In this document: piece by piece, positions 45,905 through 56,139 of the stretch | Layout: each line of letters opens with the position of its first letter | Position numbering within the stretch: the stretch's first letter is position 1 | Assembly (NCBI GenBank): GCA_038145765.1 | Contig: JAYQQG010000002.1 | Location: 8,449 to 72,448, forward strand | Source: Verrucomicrobiales bacterium | GTDB taxonomy: Bacteria > Verrucomicrobiota > Verrucomicrobiia > Limisphaerales > UBA1100 | DNA length: 64,000 nucleotides | Direction: 5' to 3' | Position numbers and translations under genes: made by a program | The notes under the pieces: model-generated | Databases searched by the model: none | The model's input: only the letters and a program-made list of their open reading frames with translations | Told to the model about the DNA's origin: nothing

Positions 45905-47653
45905 ATGAGCCGCAGCAAACTATTGGCCATTGTCTTTCTCACATGGAAGGCGGCGCTGCGCTACCGTTTTTTTTGGGTGATGTTGGCGCTGCTGGCCTTG
46001 GCCGTGGGCGGCATTCCCTTGCTGGTTAAAGATGACGGTTCGGCTGAGGGGATGACTCAAATCCTCATCACTTACACCTTGTCCATGATCACGGCGATCC
46101 TCGGGGCCGCGACCCTCTGGATTTCAGCCGGGGCCTTAGCCACGGAGATAGAGAATTTCCAATTGCAAATGGTGGTGACCAAGCCCATTCCACGCTGGCA
46201 AATTTGGTTGGGCAAATGGCTGGGAGTGATGAGCATGAATTTTATTCTACTCCTTTTTGCCGGTGGGGTGGTGTATGGCATGGTGGAATACCGTGCCCGT
46301 ACCCTGACTAGCGATGCGATGGAGCGTTTGGAAGATCGCCAGGATGACGAGATTTACAGAATGGCTGCCATGTCGCAGATCGTGCCGTTCGAGATCGATC
46401 CGGAAACCAACCGGCCCAAGTTGGATGACAACGATCAGCCGATCATGCGGGATATTCAGGAAGTACGCCGGGATGTGGCAGGGATTGAGGAAAAACGCCT
46501 GCGCGATACCGTATTAATTGCCCGGGCGAGTATCCCGATCAGCGATCAAATTCGGGTGGGGAACGATGAGGCGCTGGAGGACTGGATTCAAAGTCTGAAG
46601 AAACAATATTTGCCCGTTAGGTTGAGGCAGGTATTGCGCGTCAAAAACGAGGCGGAACAGCAACGGGGTGTGGGTCCTGATCAAATGTCCCAGGAACTGG
46701 ACAGCTATGAAGTGAGGCAGGCTGAAATCCAGATCGAAGAAGAGATTCGGAATTATTCTCAAGTCATCATCCCGGATGGACGGGTGCAGTTGTTTTTCCA
46801 GAAACCGAAAGGCTGGAAGCCCGGCACGGAGGAAAAAATGATTTTGCGTGTTTATTTCGAGGACCCCAAGGTGAGTTTTAAAAACGATAACCGTTACGGA
46901 TTACAGTTGTTTTGTGGGCCGAAAGACCAGCCGGATTTGGTGCGGACTCCCGACGGATTAACACTGGATGCCCGGACGAAACATGAATTTCAAATACCGA
47001 CCTCATTAGAGTCCAACATCAAGGATGGCGGTCGGCGAAGTATCTTTGATGAAGATGGATTGGTTTCGGTGGCCCTAATGAATCGCGATCAAGGCGGTCC
47101 TAAACACAACTACCGGGCACAGCTTAAAGTGCCGTTTCTGGATCATCGCGGGCGAGTTGGGGGTGAAGGGGTGGAGCTGATGTATCATGAAGGCGGGTTT
47201 GGAAAAAACTACCTGCGCGCTCTGGGGATCGTCTTTGCGTGGTTGGGAGCCTTGGCGGCATTGGGATTATTTGCGGCCAGCTTTATGTCATTTGCCATGT
47301 CTGCCTTCGCCTGCTTGGGCGTGTTGATCATCTCTTTCTGTGTTGGTTTGATGCAGGATGTGGTGGAGGATGGCACGGTGATGCAAACCTACACAGAAGG
47401 CCAGCGTGATTCGTCGATTGTCGATACCTATGCCGTCTGGTCCTTCAAGGCGATGATCGCTGCGATCAAGCCGGTGAAGGATTATTCGCCGATCGAAAAA
47501 CTCACTGAAGGGCGAAGTATAACCTGGGGTGAACTTTTGCGTGCTTACGGATATATTTGGGGATTGTCCGGTCTGACACTCGGTGTGCTGGGTAGTTGCA
47601 TCTTGTCCAGGCGGCAGTTAGCCATCACGAGTACCAATGGAGGCGGATCATGA
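45905..47653 (+). CDS. ABC-2-type permease-like membrane protein with a large soluble insert
   Basis: 582 aa. It has N-terminal helices and an ABC-2-like signature, ATEIENFQLQMVVTKPIPRWQIWLGKWLG. A charged insert of roughly 270 aa follows, then C-terminal helices (GIVFAWLGALAALGLFAASFMSFAMSAFACLGVLII). Confidence 0.6.
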   Translation: MSRSKLLAIVFLTWKAALRYRFFWVMLALLALAVGGIPLLVKDDGSAEGMTQILITYTLSMITAILGAATLWISAGALATEIENFQLQMVVTKPIPRWQIWLGKWLGVMSMNFILLLFAGGVVYGMVEYRARTLTSDAMERLEDRQDDEIYRMAAMSQIVPFEIDPETNRPKLDDNDQPIMRDIQEVRRDVAGIEEKRLRDTVLIARASIPISDQIRVGNDEALEDWIQSLKKQYLPVRLRQVLRVKNEAEQQRGVGPDQMSQELDSYEVRQAEIQIEEEIRNYSQVIIPDGRVQLFFQKPKGWKPGTEEKMILRVYFEDPKVSFKNDNRYGLQLFCGPKDQPDLVRTPDGLTLDARTKHEFQIPTSLESNIKDGGRRSIFDEDGLVSVALMNRDQGGPKHNYRAQLKVPFLDHRGRVGGEGVELMYHEGGFGKNYLRALGIVFAWLGALAALGLFAASFMSFAMSAFACLGVLIISFCVGLMQDVVEDGTVMQTYTEGQRDSSIVDTYAVWSFKAMIAAIKPVKDYSPIEKLTEGRSITWGELLRAYGYIWGLSGLTLGVLGSCILSRRQLAITSTNGGGS

Positions 47654-49260
47654 GCGAAGTGCGTGCCAATACGATGGATACCCCGCCGAAGGTCGTGCTG
47701 ATTGCCGTGATTGTGGCTAGTTTAGTTGGGCTATTCATGACTCAGGGGAACCTGAATGAACAGCGTGGTGAACTGAGCCCGACGTATTTGGAGCCACTTC
47801 AGGATGCTCCTCCGATGCTGGCGTTGACAACGCAGGCATTGGGCGGGTTTCGAGGGTTGATTTCCTCCTATCTCTGGTTGCGGGCCAATGAGATGCAGCT
47901 GCAGAAAAAATATCAGGAACAAATGCAGCTGTCCGAGTGGGTGGCCCAATTGCAGCCCCATGTATCCACTGTTTGGAGAAACCGGGCGTGGAACATGGCC
48001 TACAATATTTCGGTCACCTACCCGGATGCGGAAACACGATGGAAATACGTCTCGGAAGGGGTGTCACTGCTGCGGGATCATGGCATCAAATATAACCCGC
48101 ATGAACCGTTGATTTATCACGAGCTGGCCTGGACATATCAACACAAGATCGGACACAACATGGATGATCATCATCGCTTTTATAAATTGCGCTGGCTGCA
48201 GGCGATGTCCAACGTGCTTTGGCAAAATGAACTGGCCGCTAATAACGCGCGTGGAGTGCCCAACTTTGATGAATTGATTAATCCGCCAAACCCGGAAGTA
48301 GCCGCCCGCGCCCAGCGACTCCGTGAAGAGTACAAACTAGATCCGCGCGAGATGAAGGCGATTAACGAAAAATATGGCCGCGTCGAAAAGGAGGATGGCG
48401 AAGTGGTGTACGCGTTGGATTGGCGCAAGCCAGAGACGCACGCGATCTATTGGGCGGTGGTTGGGCTGAAACGGTGCCGACACAATCCATCCAAGGAAAA
48501 TGACCTGCGCAAATTGGAGCGCATTGTATATCAATCCATGATGTACAGCTTTGATCGCGGTAAATTGAACACGCCTTCAGGTCGCGAGATTCCGCCAGAC
48601 CAATATTTTAACAATCGACTGACTGTTGTGCCGAATCTGGAATTAACCCAGAAAACCCACGAAGCCTATATGGAAATGACCGAGTTGGCGCAAAAAGAAC
48701 GCGATGCCAACACCAGCGGCACCTATGAGATGGCTCACCTGAATTTCATCCGTCGAGTGGTGGAGTGGAACTACTATTATAATCGTGAAGCAGAATCCAT
48801 AAAATGGTTGAAGGTCGCCTTGGAGATGTACCCGGAGAAGATGAAATTTTTCACGGGATACAATCATGAGACCAATACGTATGATTTGGATAAGTTCGTG
48901 CTATTCCGGCTCGAGGATGGCGCCAAGCGGGGGGGGATCGACAAGACCTTGGCGATTCTCATCGGCCTGATGATCCGCCACTACACGCATTTGGCAATGG
49001 GGGAAGAAGACGATGCGGTAAAATACTTTGAGATGGCGGAGCAATTGCACAAACGGTTTACCGATCGGTTTGCAACGGCCGCAGAAAACCGTGTAAGCCT
49101 GCCCTCCTTTGAGGCCGTGCGTCATAGTCGATTGCGGGCATTTTTGTTGGAAGAGGATCCTGTGTTGGTGGCCCGATTGCGCACCGCGTTGGGGTTGAAG
49201 GAAGGCGAACTGCCCGAAGAGCCCACGGTGGAAGGTCCCCAGCCGAACCCCAACGAATAA
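47650..49260 (+). CDS. Membrane-anchored hypothetical protein that appears all-alpha; no family recognised
   Basis: Trimmed to MSEVRANTMDTPPKVVLIAVIVASLVGLFM, giving an ATGA overlap with the upstream stop. It has a single N-terminal helix. The body is Trp/Tyr-rich and helical-looking (GGFRGLISSYLWLRANEMQ..., WRNRAWNMAYNISVTYPD, LIYHELAWTYQHKIG). Confidence 0.55.
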   Translation: MSEVRANTMDTPPKVVLIAVIVASLVGLFMTQGNLNEQRGELSPTYLEPLQDAPPMLALTTQALGGFRGLISSYLWLRANEMQLQKKYQEQMQLSEWVAQLQPHVSTVWRNRAWNMAYNISVTYPDAETRWKYVSEGVSLLRDHGIKYNPHEPLIYHELAWTYQHKIGHNMDDHHRFYKLRWLQAMSNVLWQNELAANNARGVPNFDELINPPNPEVAARAQRLREEYKLDPREMKAINEKYGRVEKEDGEVVYALDWRKPETHAIYWAVVGLKRCRHNPSKENDLRKLERIVYQSMMYSFDRGKLNTPSGREIPPDQYFNNRLTVVPNLELTQKTHEAYMEMTELAQKERDANTSGTYEMAHLNFIRRVVEWNYYYNREAESIKWLKVALEMYPEKMKFFTGYNHETNTYDLDKFVLFRLEDGAKRGGIDKTLAILIGLMIRHYTHLAMGEEDDAVKYFEMAEQLHKRFTDRFATAAENRVSLPSFEAVRHSRLRAFLLEEDPVLVARLRTALGLKEGELPEEPTVEGPQPNPNE

Positions 49261-49301
49261 ATTCCCCTTGCCGATTCCGGCTTGAACCGTAGGTTCTACC
49301 C

Positions 49302-51116
49302 GTGCGTCTGATCCCCTTGAGTTTAACACTGGTCGTGGTGTTGGGCTGTGGCCGTCCCGCTTCCAACGTGGAGCAGGGAGCCAAGGAGCAGATTCTTCAC
49401 CTCGGCAATGGTGCCGAACCGCAGTCACTGGATCCGCACCTCGCCACCAGTGTCAGTGCCCATCACATCATGTCGTCGCTGCTGGAAGGCCTGATGGCGG
49501 AACATCCCCAGACCCTGGAGCCGGTGCCGGGTGTGGCCGAAAGTTGGGTGATCTCGGAGGATCGCAAAACCTACACCTTCACCCTGCGCAAGGACGCCAA
49601 GTGGTCCAATGGCGACGACGTCAAGGCGAGCGATTTCGTTTACAGCTACCGCCGCATTCTCAACCAGGAACTCGGCGCGCAATACGGATACATGGTGCAG
49701 GCGCTTAAGAATGGCAAACTTTTCAACGCCGGCAAAAAATGTCCCGAAGGTCTCTGGCTCTTCACCAAGGACGGACCGCCCAAGGTGATCGCACATCCGG
49801 AGGAGTGGGCGGCGTTGGATGATGCAGGTCGCCAAGAAGCCCTCGCTGAATTGAAGCCGGAGGATAAAGAAGCCACCGGCAAATGCACGTTTTGTGAAAA
49901 TCATCCCAAGCTGCAATCCTTGGATTGGGAAGACTGGGATCGATGCCAAGTGGGAGCCCGGGCAATTGATGGCCGGACGCTGGAGCTGACACTCGAGAAC
50001 CCCACACCATATTTTCTGGAGTTGCTGAATCATTACACCTTTTGGCCGGTGCATCCGCCCACGATTGAAAAATTTGGGGCGCGGATCACACGCGGCACAG
50101 GCTGGGCACTGCCGGGCAAGTATGTGGGAAACGGCCCGTTTGTTCTGGATGAATGGCGGATCAACGCCCGCATGGTGGTGAAGAAGAGTCCGACCTATTG
50201 GGATCGCGACACGGTGAAGCTCAGTGAGATCCGTTTTTATCCGCTCGAAAGTGTGGACACCGAGGAACGCGCCTTCCGCTCGAAATTTCTTCATCACACT
50301 AATACCGTGCCGCCTCATCGCATCGATTGGCACAAACAACACAATCCTGGCCTGCTGCATTTGGATACGTATTTGGCCGTATATTTTTATCGATTCAACA
50401 CCACGAAAAAACCGCTGGACGATGTGCGCGTGCGCCGGGCACTGGCATTGGCGATCGACCGCGAAGCGCTCGTGAAACACGTGATGCGCGCGGGCCAGCA
50501 GCCGGCCTATAGTTTTACGCCACCCGGCACGGGCGGATTCACCGCCGGGCCGCAGTTTCAATCCGACTTGCCGGAAGCCAAACGGTTGATCGCCGAATAC
50601 CTCAAGGAGACCGGCCAATCCTCCCTGCCAAAAATTGAGCTGCGATACAACACGAGCGAGAGTCACAAAAAAGTGGCGGAGGCCATTCAGGCGATGTGGA
50701 AGCAGGAGCTGGGCATTGATGTAGTCTTGGATAATCAGGAATGGAAAGTCTTTCTGAAGGCTGTGGAGAAAATGGATTTCACCATCACACGGGCCGGTTG
50801 GACCGGCGATTACAACGATCCCAATACCTTCATGGATATGTGGGTGACCGATGGGGGGCACAACAACACGGGCTGGTCCAACGCGCGCTATGATGAGCTT
50901 ATCGAAATGGCCGCCAAGGAAGGCGACAAGGAAAAGCGCAAGGAATACTTCCGTGAGGCCGAAAAGATTTTGGCGGAAGAGATGCCCATGTTGCCGATTT
51001 ATTTTTACGTGCGGGCCAGCCTGCGAGACCAGAGCGTGAAGGGCTGGTGGCCAAACGTGCTCGATCACCATCCCTACAAGCACGTGTATCTTGAGGACGT
51101 GCCCCGGAAGGATTGA
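49302..51116 (+). CDS. Peptide/nickel ABC transporter substrate-binding lipoprotein (family 5, OppA/DppA-like)
   Basis: 604 aa with a GTG start. The lipobox is VVLGCG. Family-5 SBP strings are GVAESW, TFTLRKDAKWSNGDDVKASDF, GNGPFVL and GWTGDYNDP. Confidence 0.88.
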   Translation: MRLIPLSLTLVVVLGCGRPASNVEQGAKEQILHLGNGAEPQSLDPHLATSVSAHHIMSSLLEGLMAEHPQTLEPVPGVAESWVISEDRKTYTFTLRKDAKWSNGDDVKASDFVYSYRRILNQELGAQYGYMVQALKNGKLFNAGKKCPEGLWLFTKDGPPKVIAHPEEWAALDDAGRQEALAELKPEDKEATGKCTFCENHPKLQSLDWEDWDRCQVGARAIDGRTLELTLENPTPYFLELLNHYTFWPVHPPTIEKFGARITRGTGWALPGKYVGNGPFVLDEWRINARMVVKKSPTYWDRDTVKLSEIRFYPLESVDTEERAFRSKFLHHTNTVPPHRIDWHKQHNPGLLHLDTYLAVYFYRFNTTKKPLDDVRVRRALALAIDREALVKHVMRAGQQPAYSFTPPGTGGFTAGPQFQSDLPEAKRLIAEYLKETGQSSLPKIELRYNTSESHKKVAEAIQAMWKQELGIDVVLDNQEWKVFLKAVEKMDFTITRAGWTGDYNDPNTFMDMWVTDGGHNNTGWSNARYDELIEMAAKEGDKEKRKEYFREAEKILAEEMPMLPIYFYVRASLRDQSVKGWWPNVLDHHPYKHVYLEDVPRKD

Positions 51117-51122
51117 CGCCGA

Positions 51123-52265
51123 ATGCTTCGTTTCATCCTCACGCGCTTGCTGCAGTCCATCCCGGTGTTATTCATCATCGCCACGCTCACCTTCTTCATG
51201 GTGCGCTTTGCGCCGGGCGATCCGTTCACTGATGAGAAAACTGTTCCCGTCGAAATTCGCAAAAAACTTGAGGAACACTATGGCCTGGACCGGCCGCTCT
51301 GGGAGCAGTACCTGCTGTATTTTGGGTTTATTTCCAAAGAAGTGGATAAGCAGCAAATGGTTTTTGCCGACGGGAACGAAACGGCTGTGTATTCCCCGGA
51401 GAACAATCAATTCACAGCGACCGTGACGCGCAAGGGGAAGCTGGTCGTCACCGACCAATCGCCCAGTAAATGGTACATCCGAGCCGTGCCCGAGGCCGAT
51501 CGCACGTCCGAAAATCACTTGTGGGAGATTTATCGGCGCGAGCGATCCGGGTTGATCACTGGGGACCTTGGCCCGTCGTTTAAATACGTCGACCGGTCGG
51601 TTACGGAGCTGATCAGCAAATCATTCCCCGTCTCCATGCAGCTCGGTTTGTGCGCGCTGGCGATTGCGCTGTGTCTTGGGTTGCCGGCGGGTGTCATTGC
51701 CGCGCTCAAGAAAAACTCGTTGCTCGATTACGTGCCCATGTCCACCGCGATGATCGGCATTTGCCTGCCCACCTTTGTGATGGGGCCGCTCTTGATCATG
51801 ATCTTCTCCTCCGGTTTGGGCTGGTTCAGCCCCATTGGCTGGTACACGTGGGGCGACATGGTGCTGCCCTCGCTTACGCTCGGCCTGTACTACGCGGCCT
51901 ACGTGGCGCGCCTTACGCGCGGCGGCATGCTCGAGGTGCTCAATCAGGACTTTATCAAGACCGCCCGGGCGAAAGGCGCCAGCGAATCACGCGTGATCCT
52001 CAAGCATAGCCTGCGCGGCGGCTTGTTGCCGGTGGTGTCCTTCCTCGGGCCGGCATTTGCGGGATTGATCAGCGGCTCGTTTGTCATCGAAACGATTTTC
52101 TCCATCCCCGGCCTCGGTAAATTTTTCGTCACCGCCGCCTTCAACCGCGACTACACGATGGTCCTCGGTACGGTCCTCTTTTACGCCTCGCTGATCATCG
52201 TCATGAACCTGCTGGTCGACATCGTCCAGGCCTGGTTGAACCCCCGCACGCGTGTTGAGTCATGA
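51123..52265 (+). CDS. ABC transporter permease (OppB/DppB-like) with an extended first periplasmic loop
   Basis: 380 aa. It opens MLRFILTRLLQSIPVLFIIATLTFFMVRFAPGDP and carries an EAA-type loop, FIKTARAKGASESRVILKHSLR. It has about 70 extra residues between YLLYFG and GDLGPSF relative to the usual OppB layout. Confidence 0.88.
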   Translation: MLRFILTRLLQSIPVLFIIATLTFFMVRFAPGDPFTDEKTVPVEIRKKLEEHYGLDRPLWEQYLLYFGFISKEVDKQQMVFADGNETAVYSPENNQFTATVTRKGKLVVTDQSPSKWYIRAVPEADRTSENHLWEIYRRERSGLITGDLGPSFKYVDRSVTELISKSFPVSMQLGLCALAIALCLGLPAGVIAALKKNSLLDYVPMSTAMIGICLPTFVMGPLLIMIFSSGLGWFSPIGWYTWGDMVLPSLTLGLYYAAYVARLTRGGMLEVLNQDFIKTARAKGASESRVILKHSLRGGLLPVVSFLGPAFAGLISGSFVIETIFSIPGLGKFFVTAAFNRDYTMVLGTVLFYASLIIVMNLLVDIVQAWLNPRTRVES

Positions 52266-53146
52266 GCACGGCCGAGACCAATTTGCAAAATGAGGAAGGG
52301 GCCTCGCTCTGGACCGATGCTTGGCGGCGGCTTGCGCAAAACCGCATGGCCGTGGTTGCCACGGTGATATTTGGGCTGATCATTCTCCTATGCCTGATTG
52401 GGCCGCTGCTTTTTGGACAGCACTCCGGTGAGACGAACAACCTTGAAAACGCCTTTCAAAAGCCAAGTGGTAGTCATTGGTTTGGGACGGACGATCTAGG
52501 CCGCGATGTGTTTGTGCGCACGCTCGAAGGCGGCCGCATCTCGCTGGCTGTGGGCTTTCTGGCCACGGCGGTTAGTCTGGTGATCGGTGTGGTGTACGGG
52601 TCCTTTGCCGGCTATGTGGGCGGGCGCACGGATGCCTTTTTGATGCGCATCGTCGACATTCTCTATTCGCTGCCGTTTACCATTTTCGTGATCCTGCTCA
52701 TGGTGATGTTCGGGCGAAATTTCATTTTGCTGTTCGTAGCCATCGGTTTTGTGGAATGGCTGACCATGGCGCGAATTGTGCGCGCGCAGATTATGGCGCT
52801 GAAGGATACCGAGTTCGTCGAGGCCGCACGGGCGTTGGGTTATGGCAATCTACGCATTATCTTCGGTCATCTGTTGCCCAACATCCTCGGGCCGGTGATC
52901 ATTTATGCGAGCCTCACGGTGCCGGCGGTGATGTTGCTTGAGGCGGTACTGAGTTTCCTCGGCTTGGGTGTTCAGCCGCCGATGAGTTCGTGGGGGTTGC
53001 TGATCAAGGATGGTGCGGAGAAGATTGATGTGTATCCGTGGCTACTCATCTTTCCCGCCCTGTTTTTCTCTGCCACATTGTTCAGCCTGAACTTCATTGG
53101 GGATGGACTGCGCGATGCGCTTGACCCGAAATCTTCCAAGGATTGA
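52262..53146 (+). CDS. ABC transporter permease (OppC/DppC-like)
   Basis: 294 aa. Strings are HWFGTDDLGRDVF and EFVEAARALGYGNLRIIFGHLLPN. The gene junction is ATGA-type. Confidence 0.9.
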   Translation: MSTAETNLQNEEGASLWTDAWRRLAQNRMAVVATVIFGLIILLCLIGPLLFGQHSGETNNLENAFQKPSGSHWFGTDDLGRDVFVRTLEGGRISLAVGFLATAVSLVIGVVYGSFAGYVGGRTDAFLMRIVDILYSLPFTIFVILLMVMFGRNFILLFVAIGFVEWLTMARIVRAQIMALKDTEFVEAARALGYGNLRIIFGHLLPNILGPVIIYASLTVPAVMLLEAVLSFLGLGVQPPMSSWGLLIKDGAEKIDVYPWLLIFPALFFSATLFSLNFIGDGLRDALDPKSSKD

Positions 53147-53147
53147 T

Positions 53148-54890
<1,743 letters not shown>

Positions 54891-54892
54891 GG

Positions 54893-55345
54893 TTATTCGC
54901 CCTCTTTCTTTTCAGTATTTTCCGGTGTTTCGGGTGCTTCAGGAACGGCGTTGGTGGATGTTTCGGGCGCCGTGTTGGTGGAAGTCGAAGTCTCCGGGGT
55001 TCCTATTGGTGGGATCTCTGGGGCCGGGGCCGGCGCGGGTGGTGCCGGGGTATTGGTGACGGATGTGGGATTGCCGCCTTGCCCCAACTGATCGCTCAGA
55101 GCGGTCGGGCGCATAAATGGCAACGACAGGAACAGGCAGAGCACGAGGAACAACACGGCGTTCCACTTGGTCAGCTTGGTTAGCACATTGCCGGCGCCGG
55201 CACCAAAGAGAGCATCGGTTGTGCCCCCGCCAAAAGCGGTGCCGAGTCCGGCCTCTTTCTTGGGCAATTGCACCAGCACCAGCAGGATGAGGAACAGGCA
55301 GTTGAGAAAGAGGACGACGGTAAGAAATTTGCTCAGGATATCCAT
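54893..55345 (-). CDS. secG: Preprotein translocase subunit SecG with a Pro/Thr/Glu-rich C-terminal extension
   Basis: 150 aa. The SecG core is LVLVQLPKKEAGLGTAFGGGTTDALFGAGAGNVLTKLT plus a second TM helix. A low-complexity tail of roughly 70 aa follows (PAPPAPAPAPEIPP...TSTSTNTAPETS). It is downstream of tpiA, as in many bacteria. Confidence 0.85.
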   Translation of the reverse strand: MDILSKFLTVVLFLNCLFLILLVLVQLPKKEAGLGTAFGGGTTDALFGAGAGNVLTKLTKWNAVLFLVLCLFLSLPFMRPTALSDQLGQGGNPTSVTNTPAPPAPAPAPEIPPIGTPETSTSTNTAPETSTNAVPEAPETPENTEKKEGE

Positions 55346-55354
55346 GTTGTTTTC

Positions 55355-56122
55355 CTAGTTACGCGTGTTGTTGATGATATCAGAAAAGCTGCGGGCTTCA
55401 AGGCTGGCGCCGCCGACGAGGGCACCGTCGACATCGGGCTGGCCGAGCAGTTCCTTGGCGTTGGCGGGTTTGACGCTGCCGCCATACTGAATACGGACAG
55501 CTTTGGCAACCTCGTCCCCGTGGCTCTGGGCGATTTCGCCCCGGATAAATGCGTGCACTTCCTGTGCCTGTTCAGAGGTGGCGGTTTTGCCTGTGCCGAT
55601 GGCCCAGACCGGTTCGTAGGCGATGACGGTGTCCTTCATCTGCTCCGCATCGAGGCCGGCGAGGCTGCCGGCGATTTGTTCGCCCACGACCGTTTCGGTC
55701 TCGTTTGCTTCACGTTGAGCGAGGGTTTCGCCTATGCAAACGATCGGTTTGAGGCCGGCGGCAAAGGCCGCCTTGGTCTTGGCGTTAATCAGGGCGTCAC
55801 TTTCCTTTTGGTATTCGCGTCGCTCGGAATGGCCGAGGATCACATAATGCACGCGTAAATCGCGCAGCATGCCGGCGTTGATTTCGCCGGTGAACGCGCC
55901 GTAATCATTCTCGCTCATGTTTTGGGCCCCCACTTTGATGAGGCTGTTCTTGAGCTTGGCGGACACGGCATCCAGCGCTGTGAACGGCGGGCACACCACC
56001 ACGTCCACATTGGTTTGTGTGCCGAGATCGCGATCAAGGGCTTCCACCAGATCCGTGGCTTCAGCCACGGTTTTATTCATCTTCCAGTTGCCGGCGATGA
56101 TCAGTTTGCGTTCTTTGTTCAT
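55355..56122 (-). CDS. tpiA: Triosephosphate isomerase
   Basis: 255 aa. Strings are [25 protein letters not shown] and YGGSVKP. Confidence 0.97.
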   Translation of the reverse strand: MNKERKLIIAGNWKMNKTVAEATDLVEALDRDLGTQTNVDVVVCPPFTALDAVSAKLKNSLIKVGAQNMSENDYGAFTGEINAGMLRDLRVHYVILGHSERREYQKESDALINAKTKAAFAAGLKPIVCIGETLAQREANETETVVGEQIAGSLAGLDAEQMKDTVIAYEPVWAIGTGKTATSEQAQEVHAFIRGEIAQSHGDEVAKAVRIQYGGSVKPANAKELLGQPDVDGALVGGASLEARSFSDIINNTRN

Positions 56123-56139
56123 GCGAAAATTGTTGAATC

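Noticed and set aside
49425-51083. A 552-aa minus-strand ORF covering almost the whole OppA-like gene
   Set aside because: It is exactly antisense to a gene with clear family-5 SBP motifs. Its translation is a low-complexity, Arg/Gly/His-rich shadow with no motifs. Long stop-free antisense frames are expected in GC-rich coding DNA.
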